From contig NC_068986.1 in assembly GCF_001194135.2 (NCBI RefSeq), positions 111,672,796 through 111,736,795 of the forward strand: a stretch of 64,000 nucleotides of DNA, given 5' to 3'. This document shows, one piece after another, positions 40,839 through 53,336 of the stretch; the first letter of the stretch is position 1, and every line of letters begins with the position of its first letter. This stretch comes from Octopus bimaculoides. Taxonomy: Eukaryota. The position numbers were made by a program, and so were the translations under genes. The notes below the pieces were generated by a model. It did not search any database and was not told where the DNA came from. It was given only the letters and a program-made list of their open reading frames with translations.

Positions 40839-42368
40839 CACACACATATATACATGTATGCATATAATCATATCTTTATACATATAACGCACAAAAAAAG
40901 ATACCTTTATGTGCAAGTGAGCGTGTGTGTGTGTGTATGTATGTGTGTGTACACTAGACACAATGGAGTTAGACACCCTGTATAATTTATAAAGCTATAG
41001 TTCGCGAAATATCCTGACATTTCGCTACTTACGATTTGACGGTTGTCCTACCTAATACACCATAAAAATAATCTTTACTTCTAAGAAAATAATTCAGGCA
41101 ATTCTGGGTGATTCAAACTCGTTTAGTATTTCTTCAATCCTCTTATACATTATTTCGCAATCACCGCCCACTTGCCCCTGTCATTCCCCTCACACGAAGA
41201 AATACAATCATCCACTCACACACACTGCCTTACATTCCACCGTCTATATTGGCATACGTTTATGCACATCGTACGTGTGTGATAAATTCCACACTAAGTT
41301 TTGTTGACTTAAATAAACTTGGACTGTTCTGTTTGACAGGTTAATTTACTTGGAAAGCTCTGTTTTCCAATATAAAACAAGAGGCTAATGACAATGGGCC
41401 AAACTAACTGACTGATTCCCATTAATTCTTCTCTCTACACAGGAATCAGCAAATGTTTCCTGGAATTTATTTAGTCTGACAATCTATTTTTACACAAGCA
41501 TCAACTTAACTCTAGATACAGTAAATATTTTTCTTTATTTCAACCTTTAGAAGACTTTCATAAATTTTGATTTCCTTGTTTTTCCAATTCCTACTCTTTC
41601 AATCAAGTTAATTTAAATATTTAATAATACAACTAAGAAATCTTTTGTTGCAACGTCAATTTTAGTATCATTAATATTGAAATTCCGTTTTTCGATCGTT
41701 ACATTATATATCACGAGACGAGTGTTTGAGTAAAAGCCTGGTGTGGCATTGCATGGAGAATGGTAAAACAGCGTTCAGAATATAGCAACGATATGAGAAT
41801 CTATAAATCTAATAAATGACAATTGGTTCTTACGGGAATACTATATGAACATCTGATAATATATGAATAAGTATTTGCATTGATTCGAACTATCTGAAAT
41901 CTAAAGATTCTCTCGAGTTTCGCTTTAATTTACTGTCATCCGGACTCATTCGGTTATTTCCTAACTTCGTCTTCTTATGCTCGAGTAATTTTAATCGCAT
42001 TTATATTGCATTAATCATGTGTCTTAAGCTGTACTTTATTCCTTAAGATAACCTTAAGTTCTAGCTATAACATTCTTACTTACCGTATTTCTTCACCGTT
42101 TTCAAAGTTCCTTTTCTTGTTTCGTTTCTCTGCAAACAAATATTGGTAATCTAATGGATATTATAACACATGAGAAGGATTTCTATAATTGAAGCTCCAT
42201 GAAACTGAGAGATATGTCACTACTGTAGAGATAGATTAATGTTGGACAGTTGTATAAAGACGGAATGGAGTAAAGGGATTTCAGCTTGGCTTCCTCCAGG
42301 CATTTACACTGAAATACATTCATATATACATAGACATATATACGTGCGTATATGTGTATATATCTATG

Positions 42369-42401
<33 letters not shown>

Positions 42402-44167
42402 NNNNNNNNNNNNNNNNNNNNNNNNNNNNNNNNNNNNNNNNNNNNNNNNNNNNNNNNNNNNNNNNNNNNNNNNNNNNNNNNNNNNNNNNNNNNNNNNNNN
42501 NNNNNNNNNNNNNNNNNNNNNNNNNNNNNNNNNNNNNNNNNNNNNNNNNNNNNNNNNNNNNNNNNNNNNNNNNNNNNNNNNNNNNNNNNNNNNNNNNNNN
42601 NNNNNNNNNNNNNNNNNNNNNNNNNNNNNNNNNNNNNNNNNNNNNNNNNNNNNNNNNNNNNNNNNNNNNNNNNNNNNNNNNNNNNNNNNNNNNNNNNNNN
42701 NNNNNNNNNNNNNNNNNNNNNNNNNNNNNNNNNNNNNNNNNNNNNNNNNNNNNNNNNNNNNNNNNNNNNNNNNNNNNNNNNNNNNNNNNNNNNNNNNNNN
42801 NNNNNNNNNNNNNNNNNNNNNNNNNNNNNNNNNNNNNNNNNNNNNNNNNNNNNNNNNNNNNNNNNNNNNNNNNNNNNNNNNNNNNNNNNNNNNNNNNNNN
42901 NNNNNNNNNNNNNNNNNNNNNNNNNNNNNNNNNNNNNNNNNNNNNNNNNNNNNNNNNNNNNNNNNNNNNNNNNNNNNNNNNNNNNNNNNNNNNNNNNNNN
43001 NNNNNNNNNNNNNNNNNNNNNNNNNNNNNNNNNNNNNNNNNNNNNNNNNNNNNNNNNNNNNNNNNNNNNNNNNNNNNNNNNNNNNNNNNNNNNNNNNNNN
43101 NNNNNNNNNNNNNNNNNNNNNNNNNNNNNNNNNNNNNNNNNNNNNNNNNNNNNNNNNNNNNNNNNNNNNNNNNNNNNNNNNNNNNNNNNNNNNNNNNNNN
43201 NNNNNNNNNNNNNNNNNNNNNNNNNNNNNNNNNNNNNNNNNNNNNNNNNNNNNNNNNNNNNNNNNNNNNNNNNNNNNNNNNNNNNNNNNNNNNNNNNNNN
43301 NNNNNNNNNNNNNNNNNNNNNNNNNNNNNNNNNNNNNNNNNNNNNNNNNNNNNNNNNNNNNNNNNNNNNATATATATATGACCATCATTGCGCGTGCGTG
43401 ATTATATGTTTGTGTATTCAAAGATGGCGCATGAGAACGTGAGAAACGAGGCGTTAGAGATGTGCCTTGTCAACTGCTTATCTAATAAAAGACTCCCTGC
43501 TTGAATTAGAGTATGAAATGGCTGAATACTCCACAGACAAGTGTACTCTTAATGCTACACTCAAATTTCATTGGTTAGATACATCATCCGACGTTTTTCC
43601 ACGCTGCATCCATCAACTCAGTTTCTCTCTCCGTGTGGGATTCAAGGTGAGACACTACAGTAAAAAACCCTTGCCCCATTGCGCCTCGCAGCTGGATCTA
43701 CACGTGAGCTTCTGAATTATGCGGCTCCCTACAACGAAGCATACTGGGAAACACTACACAGAAATATGTTCACGTACATATGCATTTTAATATTCTAAAT
43801 GCATTTATCAATATCTTCGTGATCAAACTAATGAAAGAGCCTCTTCAGTGTTGCTGGACATGCAAGAAATCTTCCATTAGTAACTTGATGCCGTCTTGAA
43901 TTGAGAGTCATACTGGACAGTGGTATCTTTGACACTAACGGAACTGTTTGATTCAGCCGAAAAACTTTTTTGTTAATAGACCAGGCAGATTGTGCTTGAT
44001 GCTACGATAAACACAAAAAACATCAACAATAACAACAAGAATTCCTATAGGACGTATGCCAACAAGATATGTAGTGGTACAACCTTTTTCAGATTCTTTT
44101 ATCTCTGCCATCAAAGTGTTAGTATATATATATATATATATATATATNNNNNNNNNNNNNNNNNNNT

Positions 44168-44845
44168 ATATATATAATCTAAAGTAACAGTTTTAAAGAA
44201 ATACCGTCGGTTTCATATCTAGCGTGAACTAGGCATATCTTCAGTTTCTCTAAACGATAACTGTTCTCTGCAAAGAATGATTTAAAAAAAAAACACAAGG
44301 ACACCATTGATAGTTTAAGAATTATTCCGCTTAAAATTTATGGCCAGACAAGTTGTATATCTCCGCTTGATAGCTAGTTTTTCCAGTTTAGAAGTAAACA
44401 TTTCCGAAAATGTGGACATCTCCTGCGGCTTCCGTCCTGGAGTTCAGGTATCCTCCTGGCTCATGTCAGTTCTTTCTTCCATACAAAATTTACATACACT
44501 TGTTCCATTGCGATAGGGTCCACACGTTTCTAGTAATTTCTACATGATGTTGAAGGGCGTATGTTCGGCCTTTAGGCGCCATACGTTTGCTGCGAGTTGC
44601 GTCTCTCCGGTACCCTGAAAGAAGGGTCTGTGGTTGTTCAGGAGAATTTTTAATTTGGATTCACGAGATCTGACATGACTTTTAGTGTGTGTCCCTGTCT
44701 TGGCATTTTTGTTACTGTTAATTGTGCTGCTTCTGTTTGACGCTACATTTGCTTGGTACACTGTAGCCTCGGAGTTGCATCGGCCGTCCACTGGACATTC
44801 ATTTCTAATCCTGCCTGAACAACCTGCCTCTGTCCGTGCTAGATA
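44168..44845 (-). mobile_element. 5'-truncated Penelope-like element: decayed GIY-YIG endonuclease plus 3' UTR ending at (TA)n
   Basis: Translation from 44839: ARTEAGCSGRIRNECPVDGRCNSEATVYQANV...KSHVRSRESKLKILLNNHRPFF..ETQLAANVWRLKAEHTPFNIM*KLLETCGPYRNGTSVCKFCMEE, then after frameshifts YLNSRTE and CPHFRKCLLLNWKN*. This fits the PLE endonuclease pattern CxCx5CP..G.C..VY.A...YIG...K.R...H..SF...LS..IW.LK...C.LC..EK...LN.R.E...C.H. Confidence 0.85.
44186..44265 (-). ncRNA. Type I hammerhead ribozyme, predicted cleavage after GUA (between 44202 and 44201)
   Basis: Minus strand: aacagt-tatcg-tttagagaaa-CTGAAGA-t-atgcctag-ttcacg-ctagatat-GAAA-cc-gac-ggT-A-tttctttaaa-actgtt. Stem I is 10 bp (one G.U), a 5-nt bulge and 6 bp; stem II is 8 bp with one G.U and one C.A; stem III is 3 bp. 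All invariant core nucleotides are present. Confidence 0.8.
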
Positions 44846-45063
44846 ATTTTTTTTTTAACATTGAGTGCACAACGGAAAGAGATTCTTAACTTATGTCTGT
44901 TAAAGATCTTTCCATATTTGTGTGATCGCGGGAAATGCTTATCGACCATCCTAAGAAAAAATCTAGCTACGCATGTCCGGAAGACGGGGAAGTGAGAGAA
45001 GCGAGCCATATGGTCTTGCGGTGACGTTTATTTTTGTGGTTGCTCGATCCTGGTGCATATACT

Positions 45064-45441
45064 AATTCCGCTGAGGTCGACTTTACCTTTCATCCTTTCG
45101 AGGTCGATAAATTAAGTACCATTTGCGTACTGCGGTAGATCTAATCGACTGGCCGCCTCCATCAAACATTCGTGCTTTGTCTTAGAGTAGAAAAACATAT
45201 TTTTATATGTCAAAATCTCCGCCAGATCCTTAGCACACCAGTTCAAATAGCCGAAGCTGTAACAACCCGGCTATTTCGGTACCTCTCAATATTTGACATA
45301 TCAGTTTCGCCGAGGTCGACATTGCCTTTCATCATCTTTTCAGGGTCGATAAAATAAGTGCCATTTGAATACTGGTATGGATATAATCGACTTACCTTCT
45401 CCTTCGAAATTATTGTTCTTGTTCGAAAATTTGAAACCATT
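45064..45441 (+). mobile_element. Two tandem family A SINEs (tail b, then tail c)
   Basis: 45064-45198 ends cttagagtagaaaaac; 45219-45441 ends gttcgaaaatttgaaaccatt. Both carry the ctttcatc...gtcgataaa..aagt body. Confidence 0.8.
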
Positions 45442-46084
45442 AAATGACTTATCAAATTCCTCTGTTAAAATGTCAAAAATTGCATAAATGTATTTTTTAG
45501 TGCATCAGCCGTAGCCTGTCATACATTATTTATCGCTGTGTACAGATAAAGCTGTATATTAAATACAAGAGTGTGACAAGAGTAAATGATTACGATAGAA
45601 ATATAAATTATTCCATCAAATTCCTGTAATTCTCTATTTCATTCCAACTGGGTATATTTTAATTCTATGAATAAACAAGAAACGAAAATAAAACAAAGGA
45701 AAAATATTAATAGGGTTCGTGAGAAGGAAAGGGGAGACTGAGATATAGATATGCATACTCAAACGCCTACATGTGTTTTCATGTAGGTTTATATTGCGTT
45801 TTTTTGTCAGCACATGTGTGTACGCTTGCGCGCGTGTTCGCTCGTGTATGTGTTTGCAGTACTGAGTCACGTGGCAAAATTCTAAAATCACTGATCGAAG
45901 TATCTTCATCTAACTGTTGTTAGATGTAGGCATTTCCTAGATATTGCGACTTACTCTGGTGTTGCTCTTGTCTATGGCTTCATAATTCGCACCCTCAATT
46001 TATTCAGTCCCACATCGTTGTCCTGAAATTCAAAATACATGAGTTTTTATTCGTATCTGTATTATACGGCTATGGTTTAAAAGA

Positions 46085-46235
46085 AAATTATTGAGGTCAA
46101 ATTATTGAGGTCAAATTATTGAGGTCAATGTAACTATAAACAAAGTAACTATAAACAAAGTAACTATAAACAAAGTAACTATAAACAAAGTAACTATAAA
46201 CAAAGTAACTATAAACAAAGTAACTATAAACAAAG
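46085..46235. repeat. Adjacent perfect minisatellites: (AAATTATTGAGGTC)3 and (GTAACTATAAACAAA)7
   Basis: Three exact 14-mers at 46085-46126 and seven exact 15-mers at 46130-46234. Confidence 0.95.
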
Positions 46236-46850
46236 AACTAGGTTGAACGTAGTCAAAACATGGCAATTGGCAGAATGCCAGAAGGACACTTTATGACAGA
46301 AAAAGAAGTTAATAATTACTCATTCTGTTTGTAGTACCATCTACGTGGACCCATATAGAAATATTTTTCGTGTAAAATTTCAACATATATCGTCCACATT
46401 CAGCATATATAGAGTTGGATTCCCAAAGTTGCTGAGCCTAGCTTCGTTTATAATTTCTGTGTTTCAAGTCGCTTAGTCTCAAGTCCATTCTATTGCAATC
46501 GCTCATGTGACATTTCTTATTACACTTCGACAGTTTCTGTGCCATCTAGAATTTCCGTGACACATGTTTGCCTCTGCATTCAATATTGAGGTGTCTCTTC
46601 CATCAACATAATATTAAGTTCAAGTGAGATATCGAAATGTTTTTCTAATGGAGTGTATATTCAATAAATGTTTATGACTGTCACATACGGTTGAAAGACC
46701 TGGAATCTGTAGAAAGAAAAAAAGAGAACTAATCGCAGCTGCAAACTAAGAGCAATGCAACGCGCTCATGGCAGGATTATGCTCGACATCACATGTTAAA
46801 TTTATTTTATTTAAAATTATATACCAGAGAGAATACGGAATACGCATACA

Positions 46851-46895
<45 letters not shown>

Positions 46896-47605
46896 ATGTA
46901 TGTATGTATGTATGTATGTATGAAATAAAATCTCCAAACTATGTTGATGTGTTGTTAATGTAATTTGATACTGAAAGCCGTTGAGTGTAATATTTTCAAA
47001 TCAAATGACGAATCTGGAGATGATTGATATGAAAATATGATATATATTCATAATGTTCAGCAGGGAGTAATCAGTATTTACAATTCTATTGAATGCTCTG
47101 TGAATATCAAATAGTGAAGTCTTTGTAGCAAGATAATATGAAATTATAGCCTTAACCATTGTTTGTAAATCAAACATAATATTTAGCTAAATATGTTATT
47201 TTTCTTTTACTGCTGTTGTTTCTTGTTGTCATATAGAGATAGCAATGATTAGATTTCTGTTTAAAATTCACCGTCATTCGGTACTCTAGATAGAGTGCAA
47301 TTCTACTGCATTAAATGGAGATAGAAATACAATGGAGCCAATATAGGGTTAGTATAAAAATAGTGCAATATTTTATATAGTCACATGCATATTAAAACTC
47401 ATATTTATTATAGAGAAAACATAGTGAAAACCAGTAGTACACGCTGCTTAGATTTGTGTCTAACATCGCAAACTAGAAGAGCAAAATGCACACAGAAACG
47501 ACATGACAGGATGCTAAATAGTATTTGAACGACGCTACACCATATCCACCCGAAAGAAGAACTTGAATTCCGTTTGCTATGAGAGATTTCGCTCTAAATA
47601 TTATG

Positions 47606-48503
47606 TACGAACTGGTTTCAAGAAATTCCTGGACTAGTTCTGTAGCGTGCCAGCAGAAGATAGCACACGGTTGAGTGCGCCAGCGAGAACTAGTAGTGAT
47701 CTTTATGAGGCGGTATGCCATGTGATATTGCTGTGTTTAGTCTGCAGGTTAAGAAATTTGTATTTTTGGGCTCGCGTGTATGATGTAGTCAGCGATTTTG
47801 TTATGGACAGGAAGTTGGAACAAAGAGCTAATGTGAAATTTGGCGTTAAACCTGGAAAGTCTGCAACAGAAACATGATACATGATTCGGCAAGCTCACAG
47901 CGACGAGGCAATGGGTCGTGCGCAATGTTTCGAGTTGCACAGGCACCTGAAGAGCGGATGAACATCTCTGGAATAATGAGCGATCTGGAATCCTGCCACG
48001 AGCGTCACGCAAGGAAATGTGGAGAAAATTCATCCGGAGAACAATCAACGATATTTTGAAACGCATGAGGTGGAGAACATTCAGAGAAAGCAACCGGATC
48101 TATGGAGCACGAAGAATCGGATTGTTCACGACAATAATGCACCCTGCCACTGATAAATCGTTAGTCGTGAGCTTCGCGCCAAAAACAACATGGTATAGTT
48201 TCCGAATCCGCTCTAGGTTAGCACCTGCGGACTTTAATCTGTTCCCTCAGATGAAAATGCAGTTGAAAGGCCACCGCTTGAACATCGTTGTCGAGAACAA
48301 AAGCGAATCGCTGAAGGTCCTCGACTCGCTTAGAGCAAACGACTTTCAGGTTGGATTGCAAAAATGGCAGGAACGCTGAGATAGGTGTATTGCTGTCCAA
48401 GGTCACAATTTCGAAGGGGATCATGCTAAAAGTTTGTTTAGGCTATTTTTTTTATTATTATTAAACATTAATTGTCCGGGAAGTTTTTGATAACATAACC
48501 TGA
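47606..48503 (+). mobile_element. Internally deleted, inactive mariner (DD34D-type) transposon
   Basis: ATG at 47803: MDRKLEQRANVKFGVKPGKSATET*YMIRQAHSDEAMGRAQCFELHRHLKSG (HTH region). After a deletion: ..HDNNAPCH..LAPADFNLFPQMKMQLKGHRL..WQER*DRCIAVQGHNFEGD, ending at 48421. Degenerate TIR cores match 16/22 (47606-47639 and about 48468-48503). Confidence 0.9.
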
Positions 48504-50924
48504 ACTTGACTCCAATGAATCAAAGGAGCAGATGGCCTATTGGTGTTAAAGTACTGAATATATATCCGTACTATCAAAATAATCTTTCAATTACGCGATA
48601 TGAAAAGAGCAAATTTTTTTCCCCATTTCTCATTATTGTTTTCTTGTCTTATGTTTTCTAAATTTTCAACCTTCTCTATTTTGATATTTAGAATAGTATC
48701 GCCTTATATTCTTTATTTCAATATATATTTCCCCGATAAAACAAATATGCCAAAAAGTTGTGGTTAAATATCGTACAAAGTCATACTTACTTTCCTGAAT
48801 CAGGTTCGTTAATATAAAGTACTGTATTCAATAGAATTTATTTAAAAGCTACCCAATTCTTTGGATGTATCCCTACAAATCAATTTGTGCTGATGCATAT
48901 ATTGTATAAATTATGTAGGTAGCTGCACGATGATATGACGGAAAATAAACAGGCCATTAATCAGTTCAAATATGTTTAAAATATATCTTGTAAAATATTT
49001 TCATAGCAGTTTTGCTACTTTAGACAAAATGTTAAATCACCCGTGGCCAACTGAGAGCGACTTCTATGGATAGTAGATACATTTCGAGTTCCTTAGCGCT
49101 CTACAGTAACAGATACCAAGAGAGGCAACTCGAATTGACAGGAAAACTGAGCTCTCGTTATAAGAATTAGTCAATGCGGTGTAGACAGCCAGCGTGGACG
49201 TGCGAAACTGACGGAAAATGAGCAAATTTTATTTATTAATAGGATGTTAAATCTTCAACAAGTCTAACGACATGGTCTACATTAAACCAAATAGGGAGCG
49301 TCAACGTGATCGCTCAATAACAAAACAAAAAAAATAGCAACCGATTTACTCTCAGACCAGTACTGTCTAAAAAGGGGATCGGCAACATTGCATTACACAA
49401 ACCAAAATACTATACTTGGAAATAAAGAAATTTACAGTGGTCCCGTCTGGAACCAATTTAATCATGTCTGCTATATTAAAGCACACCCATGGCTCACACT
49501 AACAAATATCAATAAATTATCTATCAATGTGTCAATGTGTATCTTATCACTTAAAAAAGAGAGATAATGGAAATTGCACTCCAACGGAGACTGACTGAGG
49601 AGAAGAAAGGCGGAATGGTCACGGCTGGCTAGCATTCGATAGGATGCATGTTTGAGGAAAACTGAATTGTGGTTAAGATACTAACTCAGCAAGCTGAAGT
49701 ATGCGAACCATAATTCTATCGATTCGCTTACAGTCTAGACTGAGAGATACGAAACTAAATAGCGCAATGTCTTTACTTTAGCATGTTCATACTTCCTCAG
49801 TCACATACACTGTCTTATAAGAAATCATTGTAATAGAAACTCTATTATCTTAAAGAAGTCGTTGGTTTGTACTTATAGTTCAGCGAACACTTAAAAAGAT
49901 TTCATTCATTAAATCACGTACGAATTGTTGCGGAAAATAGATTTCTCTTTGCAAGGCAGCTTCACTTCCTCAAATGATTGGTGGAAATCTGCAAATTCCT
50001 GACAGAATACACAGATTTGTCAGTAACCTAGTTTATGACAAGCGGCCATGGGTCAGTTTTCTATGAGTTTGCTATCAGTTCTTTTGAAATTACTTCAGCC
50101 TACACTTAATGTGATATACTAAGAATGCCAAAGAAATTTAGTACAAAATCGTATATTGTTTAATGATTTTCCTACAGTATAGACTGTAATAGAATATTCT
50201 AGTTTGGATAAGGGCCAATTCGTTCACGTCCCTGTAGATTGTGTAAACTGTAGATATATTGAAAAAAATAGTTTTCTAAATATTTATATAAGGCAATCTT
50301 AAAAAAGAATTCTGTGAACAACAACAGATTTTCTCTTTAAAATAATATATTATAGAAGTTCAGATTTTAGACAAGTCGTGAACAAACCATAGTACCATAC
50401 TCTGCAACAGGCAAAGGGCCATTCATCTGAACGGCTTAGATTACATAGTTGTAATTCATAAGCTATTTGTGGTGTGGGTAACTTACGTTGTAACGGGTAA
50501 GTGAGTAATTCTAAAGTAGTCAACGATATAATTCGTATGTGGTGGGGTCAATATTTCTCAATCATTGAAAACCGTGCTTGCTAGCATAATCTTCAATAGA
50601 CACAGTGAAAATATGAGATAACTGTGTAAGATTAAAACAATTCACTTAACAATATACGTGCGTAAAACTAATTTTTCAGAGTCCAGTAAATCAATAGCGG
50701 TGTAAATAATATAGAATGTTTAATTACATGTGAGTAATGGGAAAACTGAATGTACAGAGTCTGGTGTATGGTGGCACACAATAGCTAATACACACGTTGA
50801 TGATGCTTTTCCTTTAGATATTGTGATTGTTGCTGTCCTTGTTCTTGATGTTGTTTATCCCGATGTGAAACTTGTTTGGCCAGACCTAAAATCAAAAGAT
50901 GTTACAGCTATATCAACCCGATTA

Positions 50925-50936
50925 CTACTATTACTG

Positions 50937-50986
<50 letters not shown>

Positions 50987-51210
50987 GCTATCAATAATAA
51001 TAATAATGATGATAATAATAATAATAATGGTTTTAAATGTTGCTACGTGAGCAGCAAATTTGGGGGAGGGGAATGAGTCGATTACATCGACCCCAGTGTT
51101 CAATTGAACTAATTTTATCGACTTCGAAAGGATGGAATGCAAAGTCGACCTCAGCGGAATTTGAACTCAGAACGTAAGGACGGACGAAATACCGATAAAC
51201 ATGCTAACGA
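50925..51210 (-). mobile_element. SINE family A (tail c) with a derived (ATT)/(AGT) trinucleotide tail
   Basis: Minus strand: ...gttctgagttcaaattccgctgaggtcgactttg...ctggggtcgatgtaatcgactcattcccctcccccaaatttg...aaaaccattattattatt, running into (TAG)n. Confidence 0.85.
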
Positions 51211-51230
51211 AAGTTGGGGGTGCTGAATAG

Positions 51231-51290
51231 TGCTTAGCAGCATTTCGTCCGTCCTTACGTTGTGAGTTCAAATTCCACCGAGCTTATCTT
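51231..51290 (+). mobile_element. SINE family A fragment, inverted relative to its upstream neighbour
   Basis: tgcttagcagcatttcgtccgtccttacgttgtgagttcaaattccaccgagc. Confidence 0.8.
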
Positions 51291-51489
51291 CCAACCTCTT
51301 TGGGGACGGTGAGGAAATGTGCACCATATTCCAGCTCTGGGTTCCTTTTCATTCAAATATACCCACTTTCAAACTATTTAGACATGTGCTTCTTTTACAA
51401 ACGCCCCTCATCTGCATAAAAAAAGGCAGGGAATGGTAGAAACGTTAGATCACTGATCAAGGGAACTTGCAATCATAAACTGTTTTAAG

Positions 51490-51695
51490 GCAGAAATTGA
51501 GGTAGGAGTATCGTTAACACGTCGAATGAAATCCCTAGCGCTATTTTATCCGGCTCTAGAATTTGAGATCAAAGAGTTCGACACTGTCTTTTATTTCTTT
51601 TGGGTTTGATAAATTAAGTCTAGTGGAACACTGCAGTATATGTAGTCGAGTAGTCGCCTCCTACAATGTTTGTGCTTATAGTAGAATGGATATTA
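51490..51695 (+). mobile_element. Highly degenerate SINE family A
   Basis: gagtatcgttaacacg...ttgataaattaagt...gtgcttatagtagaatggatatt. Confidence 0.6.
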
Positions 51696-53056
51696 GCTTA
51701 CATTCTTCAATAACTTCGGTGCAAATCAACAGTGAATTATTTTTTTTTAAACATTATAAGCCGTGCGCAGAATAGAAAACAGCAAACAATCCAAGCAATA
51801 ACACATGAATTCATTTTGAAATGGTTCTGGCAAATTTAAAATTGAATATCAGAACGTTGTTGTTTTGCTTTATCGGAGAGCATCTCTTCAATTTAGACTA
51901 TGTGTGGCCATAATACACGCGATTCATCGGTGTAAGGGGACTTTGAGATACATGGATGTTTCGAGTACATAGTGTGTCACTTCAGTCACAGCTAATCCGC
52001 GAGGCCGATTAATCTAACAAAAAGCACGTGCTCTTCTTTGTAACTATGAGCGAAGAAGTTATTTGTTGATGCGTGCTTCATGTCTGTCAAACAGATAATA
52101 ATTCATTGGGTGCACGTAAAATAATGAAAATCCAAACAATAACGTATCTCTTCCTTCCTTCCATTACAACCGGGAATTGCGTGTGTAATGAACACAGCTT
52201 CTAGTTGGAGGTGGTGTTGACCGAGGAAGAAAAACAACAGCGATCAGATATTCACTTTCAATTCTGCCAGAATGTATTAAGAATTTATAGATTCGTCATT
52301 GTCTTCAGCAAAAATTTTCCGCGTGTACACGAACTCAATATTAGCAAGTTCAAATCACGCCGAGGTGAACTTCTCATCTCTTATTTCTGTGGGTGATAAA
52401 ATAAAAGAACAATACGCACAAGAATCGATATTTCTTTGATTGTATACAACACGAACGTTATGGAATAGTGTCAATGTCGAAAACTAATAATATTAATTGA
52501 GGCCTTTATGTCAGCAATGTGCATTGTTCAGTTTTATAAATTAAAGTTCTGAGTGTAACAGATTTTATACAACGGTCCATTTGATAGACTTACTAAGTTC
52601 CCTAAAATATTCGTGCAATTTAGTCAGTGTAACCTAGTTCAACATCCGTGGAGCAGATGTATAGTTGTGGACGGCCCCGAATCACCGTCTAAACATAGAT
52701 TTGATGTCTTATGTTTATTTTGTTTTCTTAGATTGTGTTTTTAAAGCCCGAAGAATGTGGTCTGAAGGAAATATAACTGCTGTTTCAGATGTGAATAACG
52801 ACAGCAGTCATAGGTCTCATGTTGAGATTCTCATACAAAAGTATAAAGCATATTCGATACTGTTGCTCATGAATTCTATGCAGTCATATTCCACGTGCTC
52901 GTAATGGTTTGATATTCTTGCATGCATTTTAATTCCCATTCCACTAATTAATGAGTTGATATTACTTAACACGAGAAGGTACATTGTATGTCAAATAGAA
53001 TAAACTTACATACATATACATATATACAAGTGTATTTGAATGTGTTTGTATATATT

Positions 53057-53091
<35 letters not shown>

Positions 53092-53241
53092 ATATGCTTG
53101 TCTGTACATATATGAGTCTATGTACATGCACACACACACACACACACCCACATATATACATATATAAACATGTAATTTCATCTAGGTATCTATTAGTTCT
53201 CTTTCTCTCTCTCACTATATATAAGGCAGAAAGTATGGTCG

Positions 53242-53336
<95 letters not shown>

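Noticed and set aside
46085-46235. CRISPR-like array
   Set aside because: The units are contiguous with no unique spacers, there are no cas genes, and the context is eukaryotic.
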